The notes: generated by a model from the letters alone, not told the origin. Shown: positions 27,709 to 39,216, numbered from the stretch's first letter. The stretch is 64,000 nt of DNA from Arenicellales bacterium (GCA_965220725.1 OZ244840.1:1152548-1216547), one strand, 5' to 3'. Translations and numbers: made by a program.

Positions 27709-29067
27709 TCAAGCCACAGATGGAATCCCTGCAAGAGCCATCGCGACCTCTTCTTCAGAATACGGCTGATCATGCAGATTACCTGAGAAGTAGTCAGTGT
27801 ATGCCTGCATGTCAAAATACCCGTGCCCACAAAGATTGAACAAAATGGACTTGGCCACTCCCTCCTCCTTGCATCGTATAGCCTCATCAATGGCTGCGGC
27901 AACTGCATGGTTGGCTTCGGGTGCCGGAATGATTCCCTCGCTACGTGCAAACTGAATTCCGGCATCGAAACACTTCAGCTGGGTATACGAGCGCGGCCGC
28001 ACAAAGCCCAGATCCGTCACCAGGCTCACCAGCGGTGCCATGCCGTGATACCGAAGCCCGCCGGCATGAAAGCCAGGCGGAACAAACTTTGATCCGAGTG
28101 TATGCATCTTGACCAAAGGCGTGAGATTGCTTGTATCCCCGAAGTCATAGGCGTACTTCCCTTTCGTCAATGTAGGGCAGTTGGCCGGCTCGACAGCAAT
28201 AACATCAACCCGCTCACCACCGCGGAACTGCTCGCCCAGAAATGGAAACGTCAGCCCAGCGAAATTGCTGCCGCCACCGGTGCAACCGATTACCACATCG
28301 GGATAGTCATCCGCCAACTCAAACTGCTTCATGGCTTCCAATCCAACAACGGTCTGGTGCATCAGTACATGATTCAGAACACTGCCGAGCGCATACTTGG
28401 TGTCGTCGCGCTGGGCGGCTGCCTCAACCGCCTCGCTGATGGCAATACCCAGACTACCGGTGCTGTCAGGATTCTCCGCCAGGATCGCCCGCCCGGAATT
28501 GGTTTTGTTGCTGGGACTCGCAACACAGGTTGCCCCGAAACTCTCCATGAATGCGCGTCGGTACGGTTTCTGGTCATAACTGACCCGGACCATGTAGACC
28601 TCAATCTCCAGTCCGAAGAAAGAACCTGCCAACGACAGGGCGGAACCCCACTGTCCGGCTCCGGTTTCGGTGGAGATGCGTTTGACCCCCTCATCTTTGG
28701 AGTAAAACGCCTGTGCGACAGCGGTGTTTGGTTTGTGGGAGCCCGCAGGACTGACGCCTTCGTACTTGTAGTAGATTCGTGCGGGCGTATCGAGTGCTTT
28801 TTCCAATCGGCGGGCACGATACAGCGGACTCGGCCGCCACTGTGTCAGAATCTCACGCACCGGTTGGGGTATTTCGATGTAGCGTTCCGTCGCGACTTCC
28901 TGCATGATGATGCCCATCGGAAACAATGGAGCAAGATCATCCGGTCCGACCGGTTGTCCTGTGCCTGGATGAAGTACCGGCGGGGGCGGCTCCGGAAGAT
29001 CGGCAGCGATGTTGTACCAGAATTTCGGAACATCAGATTCAGTCAATTGGTATTTAATGGTTTCCAT
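27709..29067 (-). CDS. trpB2: TrpB-like PLP-dependent enzyme (tryptophan synthase beta, type 2)
   Basis: ATG 29067 is preceded by GGAGG (the ORF opens at 29097). Motifs are [26 protein letters not shown] and [12 protein letters not shown]. Confidence 0.85.
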   Translation of the reverse strand: METIKYQLTESDVPKFWYNIAADLPEPPPPVLHPGTGQPVGPDDLAPLFPMGIIMQEVATERYIEIPQPVREILTQWRPSPLYRARRLEKALDTPARIYYKYEGVSPAGSHKPNTAVAQAFYSKDEGVKRISTETGAGQWGSALSLAGSFFGLEIEVYMVRVSYDQKPYRRAFMESFGATCVASPSNKTNSGRAILAENPDSTGSLGIAISEAVEAAAQRDDTKYALGSVLNHVLMHQTVVGLEAMKQFELADDYPDVVIGCTGGGSNFAGLTFPFLGEQFRGGERVDVIAVEPANCPTLTKGKYAYDFGDTSNLTPLVKMHTLGSKFVPPGFHAGGLRYHGMAPLVSLVTDLGFVRPRSYTQLKCFDAGIQFARSEGIIPAPEANHAVAAAIDEAIRCKEEGVAKSILFNLCGHGYFDMQAYTDYFSGNLHDQPYSEEEVAMALAGIPSVA

Positions 29068-29220
29068 GCAGTCCTCCGCATTTGATGTCGGCCTCAACGG
29101 CCGACTCCGCTTGTACTCTAATCAGCATATTCGTCAAGGTCAGTCTCGATTTTGCTCGTTACATTATGTTTTAATCCGATCGAATATGACAATCAATTTG
29201 ACTGCGAGATGGCAGTGTGA

Positions 29221-29904
<684 letters not shown>

Positions 29905-29919
29905 TCTCAGCGTCGCGAA

Positions 29920-30999
29920 ATGTCTACACGAAAATCCGAAACGGTTGTCGTCGGAATGTCAGGGGGAGTCGATTCCTCTGTGTCCGCCGCGCTGTTGCTG
30001 CAGCAGGGTTATCAGGTGATTGGCCTTTTCATGAAGAACTGGGAAGAGGATGATGACGATGAATGCAGTGCCGAGGAGGATCTGGCAGATGCTCAGGCGA
30101 TTTGTGATTCCCTGGATATTCCCCTCAAAACCGTCAATTTTTCCTACGAGTACTGGGAGAAAGTATTCACGGGATTTCTCAACGACCTCAAAGCGGGACG
30201 AACACCGAATCCCGACATCATCTGCAATGTCGAGATCAAGTTTCGTGAATTTCCCTCATGGGCGAAGAAGTTGGGGGCGGACTACATTGCAACAGGCCAT
30301 TACGCTCGCGTCAGCAAGGACAACGGTCAATTGAATCTGCTCAAGGGTGTGGACACAGACAAGGATCAGACTTATTTCCTGTACGGATTGAATAAGCTTT
30401 CACTGCAAGACGCCATATTTCCAATCGGCTCATTGACCAAGCAACAGGTACGCGAGCGAGCGCGTGAGTTCGGCTTCGAGAACCATGACAAGAAAGGCAG
30501 TACCGGAATCTGTTTCATTGGCCGAAGAAACTTCCGTTCGTTCGTCGGTCGATACCTGGACTCTACTGAGGGGCCGATCACCAACCCTGAAGGAACTGTA
30601 CTCGGCAGGCATGAAGGAGCTTTTTTGTACACGATCGGACAGCGCACCGGACTCGGCATTGGCGGACCTGGAGACGCCTGGTATGTTGCCGATAAAGACG
30701 TCGCTGCCAATACCCTGACAGCCGTACAAGGACATGATCACCCTCTTCTTTACAGTCGAAGTGCCAAGGTTTCCAATCTGAATTGGATTTCAAGTCAGTA
30801 CGATTTGCCGCGACAGGCGGTCGCCAAAGTCCGCTATCGCGGAGAGGATCAAAAATGTACGATCGTTCGCTCGGATGATCTGGGATTCCTGGTGGAATTC
30901 GAGAACCCCGTGCGCGCCGTGACACCCGGTCAGTCCATCGTGTTCTACGATGATGAGGTCTGTCTGGGCGGCGCAGTCATCGACAGTACGTCGCGCTGA
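29920..30999 (+). CDS. mnmA: tRNA 2-thiouridine(34) synthase MnmA
   Basis: It has the PP-loop VVVGMSGGVDSSVSA, plus FMKNWEEDDD, NPDIICN and DQTYFL. Confidence 0.95.
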   Translation: MSTRKSETVVVGMSGGVDSSVSAALLLQQGYQVIGLFMKNWEEDDDDECSAEEDLADAQAICDSLDIPLKTVNFSYEYWEKVFTGFLNDLKAGRTPNPDIICNVEIKFREFPSWAKKLGADYIATGHYARVSKDNGQLNLLKGVDTDKDQTYFLYGLNKLSLQDAIFPIGSLTKQQVRERAREFGFENHDKKGSTGICFIGRRNFRSFVGRYLDSTEGPITNPEGTVLGRHEGAFLYTIGQRTGLGIGGPGDAWYVADKDVAANTLTAVQGHDHPLLYSRSAKVSNLNWISSQYDLPRQAVAKVRYRGEDQKCTIVRSDDLGFLVEFENPVRAVTPGQSIVFYDDEVCLGGAVIDSTSR

Positions 31000-31000
31000 T

Positions 31001-31618
31001 ATGCTGGTTGTCGGCATCACAGGTGGAATCGGTAGCGGCAAGTCCACCGCTGCGGATCGATTCAGTAAACTGGGGGTGCCGGTCATTGATGCCGACGTGG
31101 TGGCGCGCGAGGTTGTGAAGCCCGGTCAGCCTGCCTGCAATAAGGTGATCGAAACATTTGGCGAGGAAGTCGCCAACGAGGACGGCGGATTGAATCGCGC
31201 CAAGCTCAGACAGATTGTCTTCGCAGACGCGGTAAAGAAAGCCGAACTGGAAAATATTCTTCATCCCATCATCCACGCGGAAATCCTGCAACAACTTTCG
31301 CATTTGACGGCAACTTATGCCATCGTCGTCATTCCACTTTTGGCTGAAAGCAAGCGGGAGTATCCACTCGACCGCATCCTGGTAGTCGATATTCCTCCAG
31401 AACTGCAGCTCGACAGGGTATCAGTGCGCGACCAACAATCCGCTGAACAGATTCAGCGCATCATCGATCTTCAGGCATCTCGGCAGGAGCGGCTTGCAAT
31501 AGCCGATGATGTGATCTCCAATGCGGGTACGACTGAGGACCTACTGATATCAGTCGACGAGTTACACAAGAAATATCTGAAGATTGCTCAAAGTTCAGAT
31601 AGGTCAGAGCATGCCTGA
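31001..31618 (+). CDS. coaE: Dephospho-CoA kinase
   Basis: The ATG lies 1 nt after the mnmA stop. The protein reads MLVVGITGGIGSGKSTAADRFSKLGVPVIDADVVAREVV. Confidence 0.9.
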   Translation: MLVVGITGGIGSGKSTAADRFSKLGVPVIDADVVAREVVKPGQPACNKVIETFGEEVANEDGGLNRAKLRQIVFADAVKKAELENILHPIIHAEILQQLSHLTATYAIVVIPLLAESKREYPLDRILVVDIPPELQLDRVSVRDQQSAEQIQRIIDLQASRQERLAIADDVISNAGTTEDLLISVDELHKKYLKIAQSSDRSEHA

Positions 31619-32429
31619 TTATTCGGAAAGCAAGGAATACCCCGATGTTGAGGCTGACGGTCATGATGAATTCTTATGGGTTTTTGAAGACCCTGCCAGA
31701 GAACTGGGACAGCGACTGGAATTTCTCGAGCATCAACCCGATCTGGTTGTTGACCTGGGATGCAGGGAAGGCGCACTCGGCGAATATCTGACATCGCTTT
31801 ATCCAAACGCTCATTTGATTGCGCTTGACGGGTCGCACGAGCTGTGCATTGGCGCCAAACAGCGACTTCACCGAACCAACTCTTTTCCGGTCGTCTCCAA
31901 CCTGTTGAATCTCCCCATCAAGTCGAATTCGGTTGATCTCGTCGTATCGAATATCGCAGCGTCATTTTGTCCGCGTCGAGGATTCCTGACTGAGTGTTAT
32001 CGAGTACTGCGCAACGATGGTGTTTTGATGTTTTCGGTGCTGGGTGCAAGAACCGCGCAGAGGTTCAGAGAGTTACTCACCAATCATGGAGGAATATCAG
32101 TTGACTTCGATTTTCCGGAGCTCCATGATCTTGGCGACCTGCTCGTAGCTTCTGGATTCTCAAATCCTGTTGTCGATGTCGAGTCTGCAGACTGTCATCA
32201 CGGAAGTATTGATGATCTGATCCATGACCTGAAGAATTCCGAAGCATTTTCAGCGTACGTAACCAATACCAAGCCGACCACAACAAAAGAAGTAAAATCC
32301 TCACCAACAGATGATTCTGGGAATCCCGGTCGCTTGGATATTCCCTACACCGTCGATACCATATTTGGAATAGCGTGGAAAAAACAAATTGATACCACAA
32401 CGGCTCATGTATCGTTCAATCCAAACTGA
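31611..32429 (+). CDS. Class I SAM-dependent methyltransferase (BioC-like pattern)
   Basis: ATG 31611 overlaps the coaE stop. It shows VVDLGCREGALG, DLVVSNIAASFC, VLRNDGVLMFSVLG and HDLGDLLVASGFSNPVVD. The BioC identity is uncertain. Confidence 0.65.
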   Translation: MPDYSESKEYPDVEADGHDEFLWVFEDPARELGQRLEFLEHQPDLVVDLGCREGALGEYLTSLYPNAHLIALDGSHELCIGAKQRLHRTNSFPVVSNLLNLPIKSNSVDLVVSNIAASFCPRRGFLTECYRVLRNDGVLMFSVLGARTAQRFRELLTNHGGISVDFDFPELHDLGDLLVASGFSNPVVDVESADCHHGSIDDLIHDLKNSEAFSAYVTNTKPTTTKEVKSSPTDDSGNPGRLDIPYTVDTIFGIAWKKQIDTTTAHVSFNPN

Positions 32430-32453
32430 TTTTGGCAACCTGAAATATTTGAA

Positions 32454-34016
32454 ATGCCTTCGGGGTATCCGTTCATGAATCTGATGACATCCCAAGACTA
32501 CTGCGAGTCACTGCAGGAATACAGTCCAAACATCTACGTTCGCGGCTCGAAGGTTGACAATGTAACCAGCGAACCGATGCTGGTGCCCGGTGTCAATGCC
32601 ATTGGCATGACCTACGACTTCGCCCGGATGTCCGAACACCGTCACTTCGCGCTGGCTGAACAGCATACTTCCGGCAAGACCGTCAACCGATTCGTACACA
32701 TCAATCGAAACGCGGAAGATCTGCTTTCAAAACTTGAGTATGTGCGGGCGCTTTGCCAGCTCACCGGCTGTGCCATGCGCTACCTGACCATGGACGGTTT
32801 GAATGCCCTGTTCCAGGCAACCTTCCGAATGGATGCGGAACTGGGTACCGAATACAGTGACCGGCTCGTGGAGCAGATGCATCGAATCCAAGACCTGGAC
32901 CTGACGGTTGGCATCGCGATGACCGATGCAAAGGGTGACCGGTCACTGCGACCGAGCGAACAGCCAAAACCCGACAGTCATCTGCACATTGTGAATCGGA
33001 GGCCGGACGGCATCGAGATATCCGGTGTCAAGGCCATTGTGACTGCTGCCCCCTATGTCCACGAACTGTTCGTGCTGCCGGGTCGCAACATGGCTCGCGA
33101 GGACAAGGATTTTGCGGTTGCCTGCCAGGTTCCGATTGATGCAAAGGGACTGACAATCATCGCCCGCCCGGCAGGGCGTCCCGGTGACCGGTCCGCTGAA
33201 TTTTCCAGTCGGTTCGGGCAGTCAACCGGTGTGTGCGTGTTTGAGAATGTGTTCGTACCCTATGACCGGGTCTACATGTGCGGGGAGTGGGAGCATGCCG
33301 AGCATCTCACCAAGACCTATGCCAACCATCACCGTCATACCTGTATCGGTGCGCGGGCCGGCTTTGGCGATCTGCTGATCGGCGCTTCCGGCATGATGAT
33401 CGAAACCAATGGCCTCGATGTGAACGCAGAGCCGCATCTTCGCGACTCCATGGTGGACCTGATCAAAACCGTGGAGAGTTTCTATGCGTGCGGTGTGTCA
33501 GCCTCGGTGTACTGCAAGACGACCGAAGCAGGCAACTGTGAACCAGATGCCGTGTATTCGAATATCGGAAAACTGATGCTGGCCAACTCGATTTACGACA
33601 TGCATCGGATCGCCAATACGGTTTCAGGTGGGTTGATTGTCACCCTGCCACATCCGGACGACGACCACAATCCCGACACCATGGACAAGCTGGATACCCT
33701 GATGTCGGCCAGTCCCGACATTCCTCCTCATCGGCGCGCAACCGTCGCCCGACTGATTGAGGATCTCACCGCATCACATTCTGGAGCCTGGTATTCGGTG
33801 ATCAGCGTGCATGGCGGTGGCTCACCGGAGGCGATGAAACGGGAGATATTCAGAAAATATCCGGTCGCTGAGAAATCTGAATTTGTGCAGCGTCTGATAG
33901 AACGGGGCGTTCACACCAGTTCAGAAAATCTCACAGCTCAGCCTGGACAGTGCTGCGACACCGGTTGTGAACCACCGGAAAAAGTCACGATCCCTAGACG
34001 AAAAAACTCGAACTGA
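32454..34016 (+). CDS. HpaB / 4-hydroxybutyryl-CoA dehydratase (AbfD) family protein
   Basis: The N-terminus MTSQDYCESLQEYSPNIYVRGSKVDNVTSEPMLVPGVNAIGMTYDFA is AbfD-like. Cys/His candidates are LCQLTGC and HHRHTC. The extra C-terminal tail contains CCDTGC. Confidence 0.7.
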   Translation: MPSGYPFMNLMTSQDYCESLQEYSPNIYVRGSKVDNVTSEPMLVPGVNAIGMTYDFARMSEHRHFALAEQHTSGKTVNRFVHINRNAEDLLSKLEYVRALCQLTGCAMRYLTMDGLNALFQATFRMDAELGTEYSDRLVEQMHRIQDLDLTVGIAMTDAKGDRSLRPSEQPKPDSHLHIVNRRPDGIEISGVKAIVTAAPYVHELFVLPGRNMAREDKDFAVACQVPIDAKGLTIIARPAGRPGDRSAEFSSRFGQSTGVCVFENVFVPYDRVYMCGEWEHAEHLTKTYANHHRHTCIGARAGFGDLLIGASGMMIETNGLDVNAEPHLRDSMVDLIKTVESFYACGVSASVYCKTTEAGNCEPDAVYSNIGKLMLANSIYDMHRIANTVSGGLIVTLPHPDDDHNPDTMDKLDTLMSASPDIPPHRRATVARLIEDLTASHSGAWYSVISVHGGGSPEAMKREIFRKYPVAEKSEFVQRLIERGVHTSSENLTAQPGQCCDTGCEPPEKVTIPRRKNSN

Positions 34017-34119
34017 ATTTCGGTTTCTCCAATGGTCGATGAGTTTATCAGGAAATTGTCTCCTCTCGATCGTCTGAAGCAAATGAAGTTGTCTGACCCG
34101 GCGGCAGATCGACTTTCCC

Positions 34120-34965
34120 TTAATTTGCCTGTTGATTGAATCTGACTTTGTTCTCTGAAAGAAAGTCAACGATCGTTTCCACATGAGTTCCGACACCGCA
34201 ATTGAGAAATTGATCCTTGTTCTTATCAAAGCCCAGTGGATAGTGGTTCGTGTGTGATTGCAAAGCCCAAATTCTTCCATCGGTATCAAATATAGGCCCT
34301 CCACTTTGGCCGCTTAAGCCTGGAGATGAGGTTTCGATGAATTTGATTGAATCGTCCTCTTCGAGAATGACTGTCCGCGTATAGATGCCATCAATTGGGA
34401 AAAATGGAATCGGTAGGGCGTTGGGTGGCAACATGAATCCTTTTTCCTCGTCGTACGTCGGCTTGATTTTATGAAACGGAAAACCCAATCTGCAAAGATT
34501 CTTTCCGATTTCCAACCCGTCGCTCGGACCTCTGAATTCAGGATAGACTGAAATGCTGTCCTTGGAGAAATTCTGAATCTGTCCGATGGCAAGGTCTTTT
34601 TTGACTGAACACGTGAATCCACTAACCTGCCAATCGTCCCTACCCAGCCACATGGAGCAATTTGTGATTGGATTGTCAGGTAATGATTCCGCTATCTTGT
34701 TTATTTCCCTGATCTTGTCGGCATTTGAAAACCGGTGATTGTTCTTGATATCTGACTCTTGTCGCACATAGTCGGCATAAGCGTTCTGCTCGACCATCAT
34801 CTCCATGACAGTTTGCATGATGTGGTTGGCAGTCAGAATCCAGCCATCATCATTCAATACGATGAATGTGCCAATATCACTGGCGGTTTCTCCATCTGCC
34901 TTGCGATGTGAGACCACAATCGGTTTTGTATATTGACTCGCATCCCTTATGGCTTTTTCGAACAT
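34120..34965 (-). CDS. Trypsin-like (S1, Trypsin_2-type) serine protease without signal peptide
   Basis: The catalytic-triad context is WILTANHIM (His), KKDLAIGQI (Asp) and GLSGQSGGPIF (Ser). The N-terminus is not hydrophobic. Confidence 0.75.
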   Translation of the reverse strand: MFEKAIRDASQYTKPIVVSHRKADGETASDIGTFIVLNDDGWILTANHIMQTVMEMMVEQNAYADYVRQESDIKNNHRFSNADKIREINKIAESLPDNPITNCSMWLGRDDWQVSGFTCSVKKDLAIGQIQNFSKDSISVYPEFRGPSDGLEIGKNLCRLGFPFHKIKPTYDEEKGFMLPPNALPIPFFPIDGIYTRTVILEEDDSIKFIETSSPGLSGQSGGPIFDTDGRIWALQSHTNHYPLGFDKNKDQFLNCGVGTHVETIVDFLSENKVRFNQQAN

Positions 34966-35276
34966 CTGAATTTCCGGAGGTTGTGAATTTTTTGCTGGTT
35001 CTCTTGATTTGGTCCGAATTCAATTTCGATTGAACGATTACCCGTGTCTTTCAATTGGTCGTGTCTTTGCATTACATTTACAACTGATTTGGGCACGCTG
35101 TTTTTATTTTATTCCGATGTAGCACGCTTACTTTACAAAAACTCAACTCGGTCTTCTAACCGTCACAAATACAACACATAGTCTTTCGCTAATGAACTAC
35201 GATAAACTAGACATAGATTTAACTCATAGAAACTATCGGAAAATTTTATAAATGGCAATAGATAACGAGCATACTC

Positions 35277-36335
35277 ATGACGCAACTGACAACAGCTTGT
35301 ATCCTAATGTCGTATATAAGAAATCCACATCAAAGGACACATGATTTGGCTAATATCAACATTAATGTAAGAGTTCCGGCTCTTGAAAAACTCCTTGACG
35401 TTGTTTATTCTGGAATTGGCGCAGTAGCAAGGCCGATGCTAGCTCCGTGGAGAGCTCAGAAAGAGGCAGATGCGAGGGCAATAGAAGAAAAGAGTAAGGC
35501 CAATAGTCTTGTAATAATCGCTGATGCTCAAAGACAGGCAAGGAATGCGCTTACAGATAGTTTGGAAACCAGTGCCGGAACACTCAATATCGGCAAAGAG
35601 AGCATTTTTCAGCGCGTCGAATTTCAAGAACAAAAAAGGCAAGCGAATATTCAATCCGTTGTCGAAGGCGCTGCAAACGAACTGCACGGTAAGGAAGTAG
35701 AAGACCATGACCCTGACCTAGATTGGACAGCACGCTTCTTCACAGATGTTCAAGATGTATCCTCAATAGACTTGCAGAAGATTTGGTCCCGTGTGCTAGC
35801 AAGAGAAGTTGAGAGTCCCGGGGCAACAACAATGCGGACACTTTCGATACTGAAAAATATGTCAAGATCGGATGCAGAGATTTTTACACAATTTGCGGAT
35901 ATGTAATTGATAGTGTAATTCATAAAGAGAGTCATGATAGGCTGAATAACACCGTTGACTTGTCACTATTTGTGCACATGGAAGAACTAGGGTTGTTGCA
36001 CCGAGGCCTTAGTGCAGAATATCTATTCGAAAGTGATGGTAGTTGCATTTTATGATGGTAGTTGCATTTTAAAGTACTGTAACCATATACTCTTGGTAGA
36101 AGGAGGTTCTAGAAAAAAAAGGTTGACGATCGCGGGCCCTATGTTGACTCAATCTGGCTGTGAAATAGCGAGGTTGTGTAATAGTGAACCAGATGTAGAG
36201 TTCCTTCACACTTTCGCAGGTTTTCTTGCTAAGGAAAACTACACGTTAAAAATAGCCTCATGCTCTCGAGTTGACGAATCTGGACGCGTGTCGATCAACA
36301 GCAATACTTTACGGGTTGTTGATCCTACAACGTAA
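35277..36335 (+). pseudogene. DUF2806-family gene disrupted by two frameshifts
   Basis: It shows LEKLLDVVYSGIGAVARPMLAPWRAQKEADA..., WSRVLAREVESPGATTMRTLSILKNMSRSDAEIFTQFA, and after a frame change GYVIDSVIHKESHDRLNNTVDLSLFVHMEELGLLHRG...DGSCIL. It then resumes as KYCNHILLVEGG...LTQSGCEIARL once the 19-nt duplicate is removed. Confidence 0.6.
36034..36071 (+). repeat. Perfect 19-bp tandem duplication (tgatggtagttgcatttta x2)
   Basis: Read directly: 36034-36052 is identical to 36053-36071. Confidence 0.95.
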
Positions 36336-36486
36336 CGATTGCAACGATTTTTCTAAATCGAATGATGGCAAAGATGCACAGTAACTCACATCGCAGAATT
36401 CATCAATATGCGCTTCTGATGTCGGGATTAACCACATTCCTCCTACATGATCAATGAAGTTCAATGATCTAACCTCAACTGTCTCT

Positions 36487-37404
36487 CTAGTTTCCGTCTC
36501 CTTGCTTTTCAGCACTTGCAAAAATTTCGGCCAGGCTGGGTTCAATATCGCTGCGAAGCAGCTCGGATATCATCAATTCGCCATGCCCCACTGAACAGGC
36601 CTGGTCAAACAATTCCAATGCCGATGTATTCAATATCGACTGCAGGTCGCTGTCTTCGCTCATTTCCTGAATGTAGTTCAGGTCCTTCAGTGCATTCTCA
36701 ACGCTGAATACGTAGCCAGAGTAGTTGCCTCGGTCAACAATCTCCCCGATTATCCTACCCAGTGCCCCGGAGTTTCCGGAACCTTGACAGATGATCCGGT
36801 AGAACATCTCCCAATCGACACTCAGGTGTTTCGCTGCATGAAAGGTTTCGATGATCGAGCGTACCATGCTCAGCACAAGATAGTTGCTGATCAGCTTGGC
36901 GCGACCGCCAGATCCAACGGATCCGAAATGTTGTATAGAGGTACAGAACGCCTCAAGCACCGGCATGACCCTGGTGAATGCCCCGTCGCTGCCACCAACA
37001 AAAGCACCGAGTTCTCCGGCTTCGGCCTGTGCCTTGCCGCCTGCCACCGGGGATTCCACAAACATGACCGACTTTGATTGGAGCCGTTCCGCCAGACGCG
37101 TGGTTGCCGGCACTGACGAAGTTCCCGTGTCGAGAACGAGATGGCGACTGCTTAAAGCCTGCCAGACTTCATCCAGCACACTTTGCACCACGTTGGAATT
37201 CGGCAGGCAAAGCACAATCGTATCGCTGGATTCGACTGCCTCTATCTTGGATTTGCACTCAATTGCCCCTGCGAATACCAGTCTCCCGACATTGACTGCA
37301 TTGCTGTGCGTAGTCACAGAAACCTGGTGACCGGTCTTGATCAGATTGGACGCCATGCCAAACCCCATGGCACCCAGGCCGAAAAATGCTATCCTGTCAT
37401 TCAT
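36487..37404 (-). CDS. NAD(P)-dependent beta-hydroxyacid dehydrogenase (3-hydroxyisobutyrate/6PGDH NAD-binding family)
   Basis: It has MNDRIAFFGLGAMGFGMASNL (Rossmann), VESPVAGG and a C-terminal all-helical domain. Confidence 0.85.
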   Translation of the reverse strand: MNDRIAFFGLGAMGFGMASNLIKTGHQVSVTTHSNAVNVGRLVFAGAIECKSKIEAVESSDTIVLCLPNSNVVQSVLDEVWQALSSRHLVLDTGTSSVPATTRLAERLQSKSVMFVESPVAGGKAQAEAGELGAFVGGSDGAFTRVMPVLEAFCTSIQHFGSVGSGGRAKLISNYLVLSMVRSIIETFHAAKHLSVDWEMFYRIICQGSGNSGALGRIIGEIVDRGNYSGYVFSVENALKDLNYIQEMSEDSDLQSILNTSALELFDQACSVGHGELMISELLRSDIEPSLAEIFASAEKQGDGN

Positions 37405-37434
37405 TGCTTACTCTCCATAGTATTAAAGCTGGAT

Positions 37435-37941
37435 TTAATTCAAATAGTCCGCTCGACACTCACCCAACACGCGACTCACTGCGCGTTCGAGGCCGTCAAG
37501 AGCAAATATTACAGCATCAATCTGTTTGAGCTGTCCCTCAATCACGACGACATGGGCACGCACAGCATCCTGTACAAACTGTACAGCGATCTCGCCGTGA
37601 AGAACAGTATGTCCTATATCCGTGAAGACAATCCATGGTAACTGTTTCGGGTCACCAGAGTCGAACTGGTGGACGAACGGAAAAGACCCTGCAAAATACA
37701 GGTCTTCGGTATCCCAGACGACGCGCACGTGCATCTCGCTTTCTGTACTGTTCCCGCTGCTGCAGAAAATATCGAGATGGGTCTTGAAGTCGACTGCATA
37801 GGTTCGTGCGATCAGGATGTTTTCACTCACAATCACCCAGTTACCGAACCTCTGCGTATTGTTCTGTGCATCAACGACAGAAAAGAGTGATATAGTCAGC
37901 GTTACCAGTTTCAAAGGGATGAGGCGTTTGAATGACATCAT
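37435..37941 (-). CDS. Hypothetical secreted protein
   Basis: The signal-peptide-like N-terminus is MMSFKRLIPLKLVTLTISLFSVVDAQ. No family was recognised. Confidence 0.45.
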   Translation of the reverse strand: MMSFKRLIPLKLVTLTISLFSVVDAQNNTQRFGNWVIVSENILIARTYAVDFKTHLDIFCSSGNSTESEMHVRVVWDTEDLYFAGSFPFVHQFDSGDPKQLPWIVFTDIGHTVLHGEIAVQFVQDAVRAHVVVIEGQLKQIDAVIFALDGLERAVSRVLGECRADYLN

Positions 37942-38109
37942 TTCAATCCGAAAATATAAATCTCGATAGGGCTCGTCAATTTTCCCCTAAACTCCAGCGA
38001 CTTTAAGTGTTGAAAATTAATTTTCGAAAGACAATATCTCACCTAACTTCGAATCATTCCGAAACTTCCGATCTCTGAGGCCGAATTTTGTGGATTATCA
38101 TCGGAAAAA

Positions 38110-38690
38110 AGTATCTGCAATTCTTTTGAAGTTGATTACTGCCATTCAGACGCAACTTTCTTCAAGGCGCCAACGAATTCTGAGACAGACTGCACGGCCG
38201 ATCCATGCCGAGGTGAAGATTGCGCAGACCGATCTAGGTCTCAGTTATCACCTTGTCAGCGCAGCGTTTCTGCCACTACTGCATCTCGTCCGCCATCAAA
38301 CCCAGCACATGCTCCTCCCGACTTCACATTCTCAAAAATTCCCAGTTAAGTGCCTCATGCCGGACGCTCAATAGTGTACAGCGTTTCGCACTTTGATTGT
38401 GACGCGAGCAAAACAAACATTTGCCTAACGCCGAGGCCGCCGCCATTGAACGATCAATGCTGTCCGGACGACCGCACATCTCCATCAGTATGCTTCGACA
38501 GAGACTCCTCCCACTGTTGACGTGTCTGGATAGACTATTCTGTCTGGTTCTCCTCGCGCGTGTTGCACTGACGGGATACCTTGATTAGGATCAAGTCAAC
38601 AATCTGCCCGCTGGAGAACTTAAAACCGTGCTCAAGCCATTGAGCCTTAAACCGATCGAACAATGCGTGAATACGACATCACCAGTACAC
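38110..38690 (-). pseudogene. Remnant of an IS5-family transposase (multiple stops/frameshifts)
   Basis: The minus-strand translation gives IHALFDRFKAQWLEHGFKFSSGQIVDLILIKVSRQCNTREENQTE(stop). This resembles the IS5-family pattern GQIIDATIV..PKQRNSREEN. Downstream are weaker out-of-frame pieces (QQWEESLSKHTDGDVR; AGFDGGRDAVVAETLR). Confidence 0.4.
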
Positions 38691-39216
38691 TCCAAGCCGG
38701 ACAATTAAGCTTGCCACCGGTTGACGAAACGCCAAATGTCTCCTACAGATGCGGCATAAATGCAACCTAATCCATCCTTTCCTTCATCCGCAACAGATGA
38801 TCAATTTCATCCAGTGGTTTTTACTGCGACTGTCGCTCAAATGGTTTCATCCTTCCGCCTTGAATATCACCATTAAATCAATAAATTTTGCCGATTTGCA
38901 TTATTTCAAATTGCCACTGAAATCGCGAATCTAATCTCAACTCTAGCGTTGTTCCCGAGGGTAGTTCATTTACGGACAATAAATTGACGCATTCTTAATG
39001 CAATCTTCGAACGTCAACTCCGTTCCAACTTGGCTAAGGGATCGGGTCGATTAAACAACAACGAATTCGCTGGTGCTATACTAGAACTCGTAAGTAAATA
39101 TATTTGAGAAGTGTCCTTGAGAAGCCATTTTGTGTAAGCAAGTACAAAATCAGCCAATTTCTTCGGATTAATGCAAGACTCCGTCACAGCGAAAATTAGA
39201 AAAGAGGACTGAAAGA

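Noticed and set aside
19084-27709. An integrase, tRNA or att site that would define island B as an integrative element.
   Set aside because: No tyrosine or serine recombinase motifs and no tRNA-like sequence were found in any frame I read. The only boundary clues are the duplicated leader segment and the trpB2 fossil, which are reported as findings.
28102-29085. Plus-strand ORF of 327 aa opposite trpB2, and similarly 17216-17842 opposite groEL.
   Set aside because: They are antisense shadows of highly conserved genes and show no motifs.
36309-36545. A 78-aa minus-strand ORF overlapping the 3' ends of the DUF2806 pseudogene and the dehydrogenase gene.
   Set aside because: It overlaps two better-supported genes and has no recognisable family or ribosome-binding site.
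38090-38934. ORFs 38090-38374 and 38749-38934 in the 1.3-kb gap upstream of the RTX gene.
   Set aside because: They have no motifs or SD. The first overlaps, in antisense, the IS5-family remnant that better explains this DNA.
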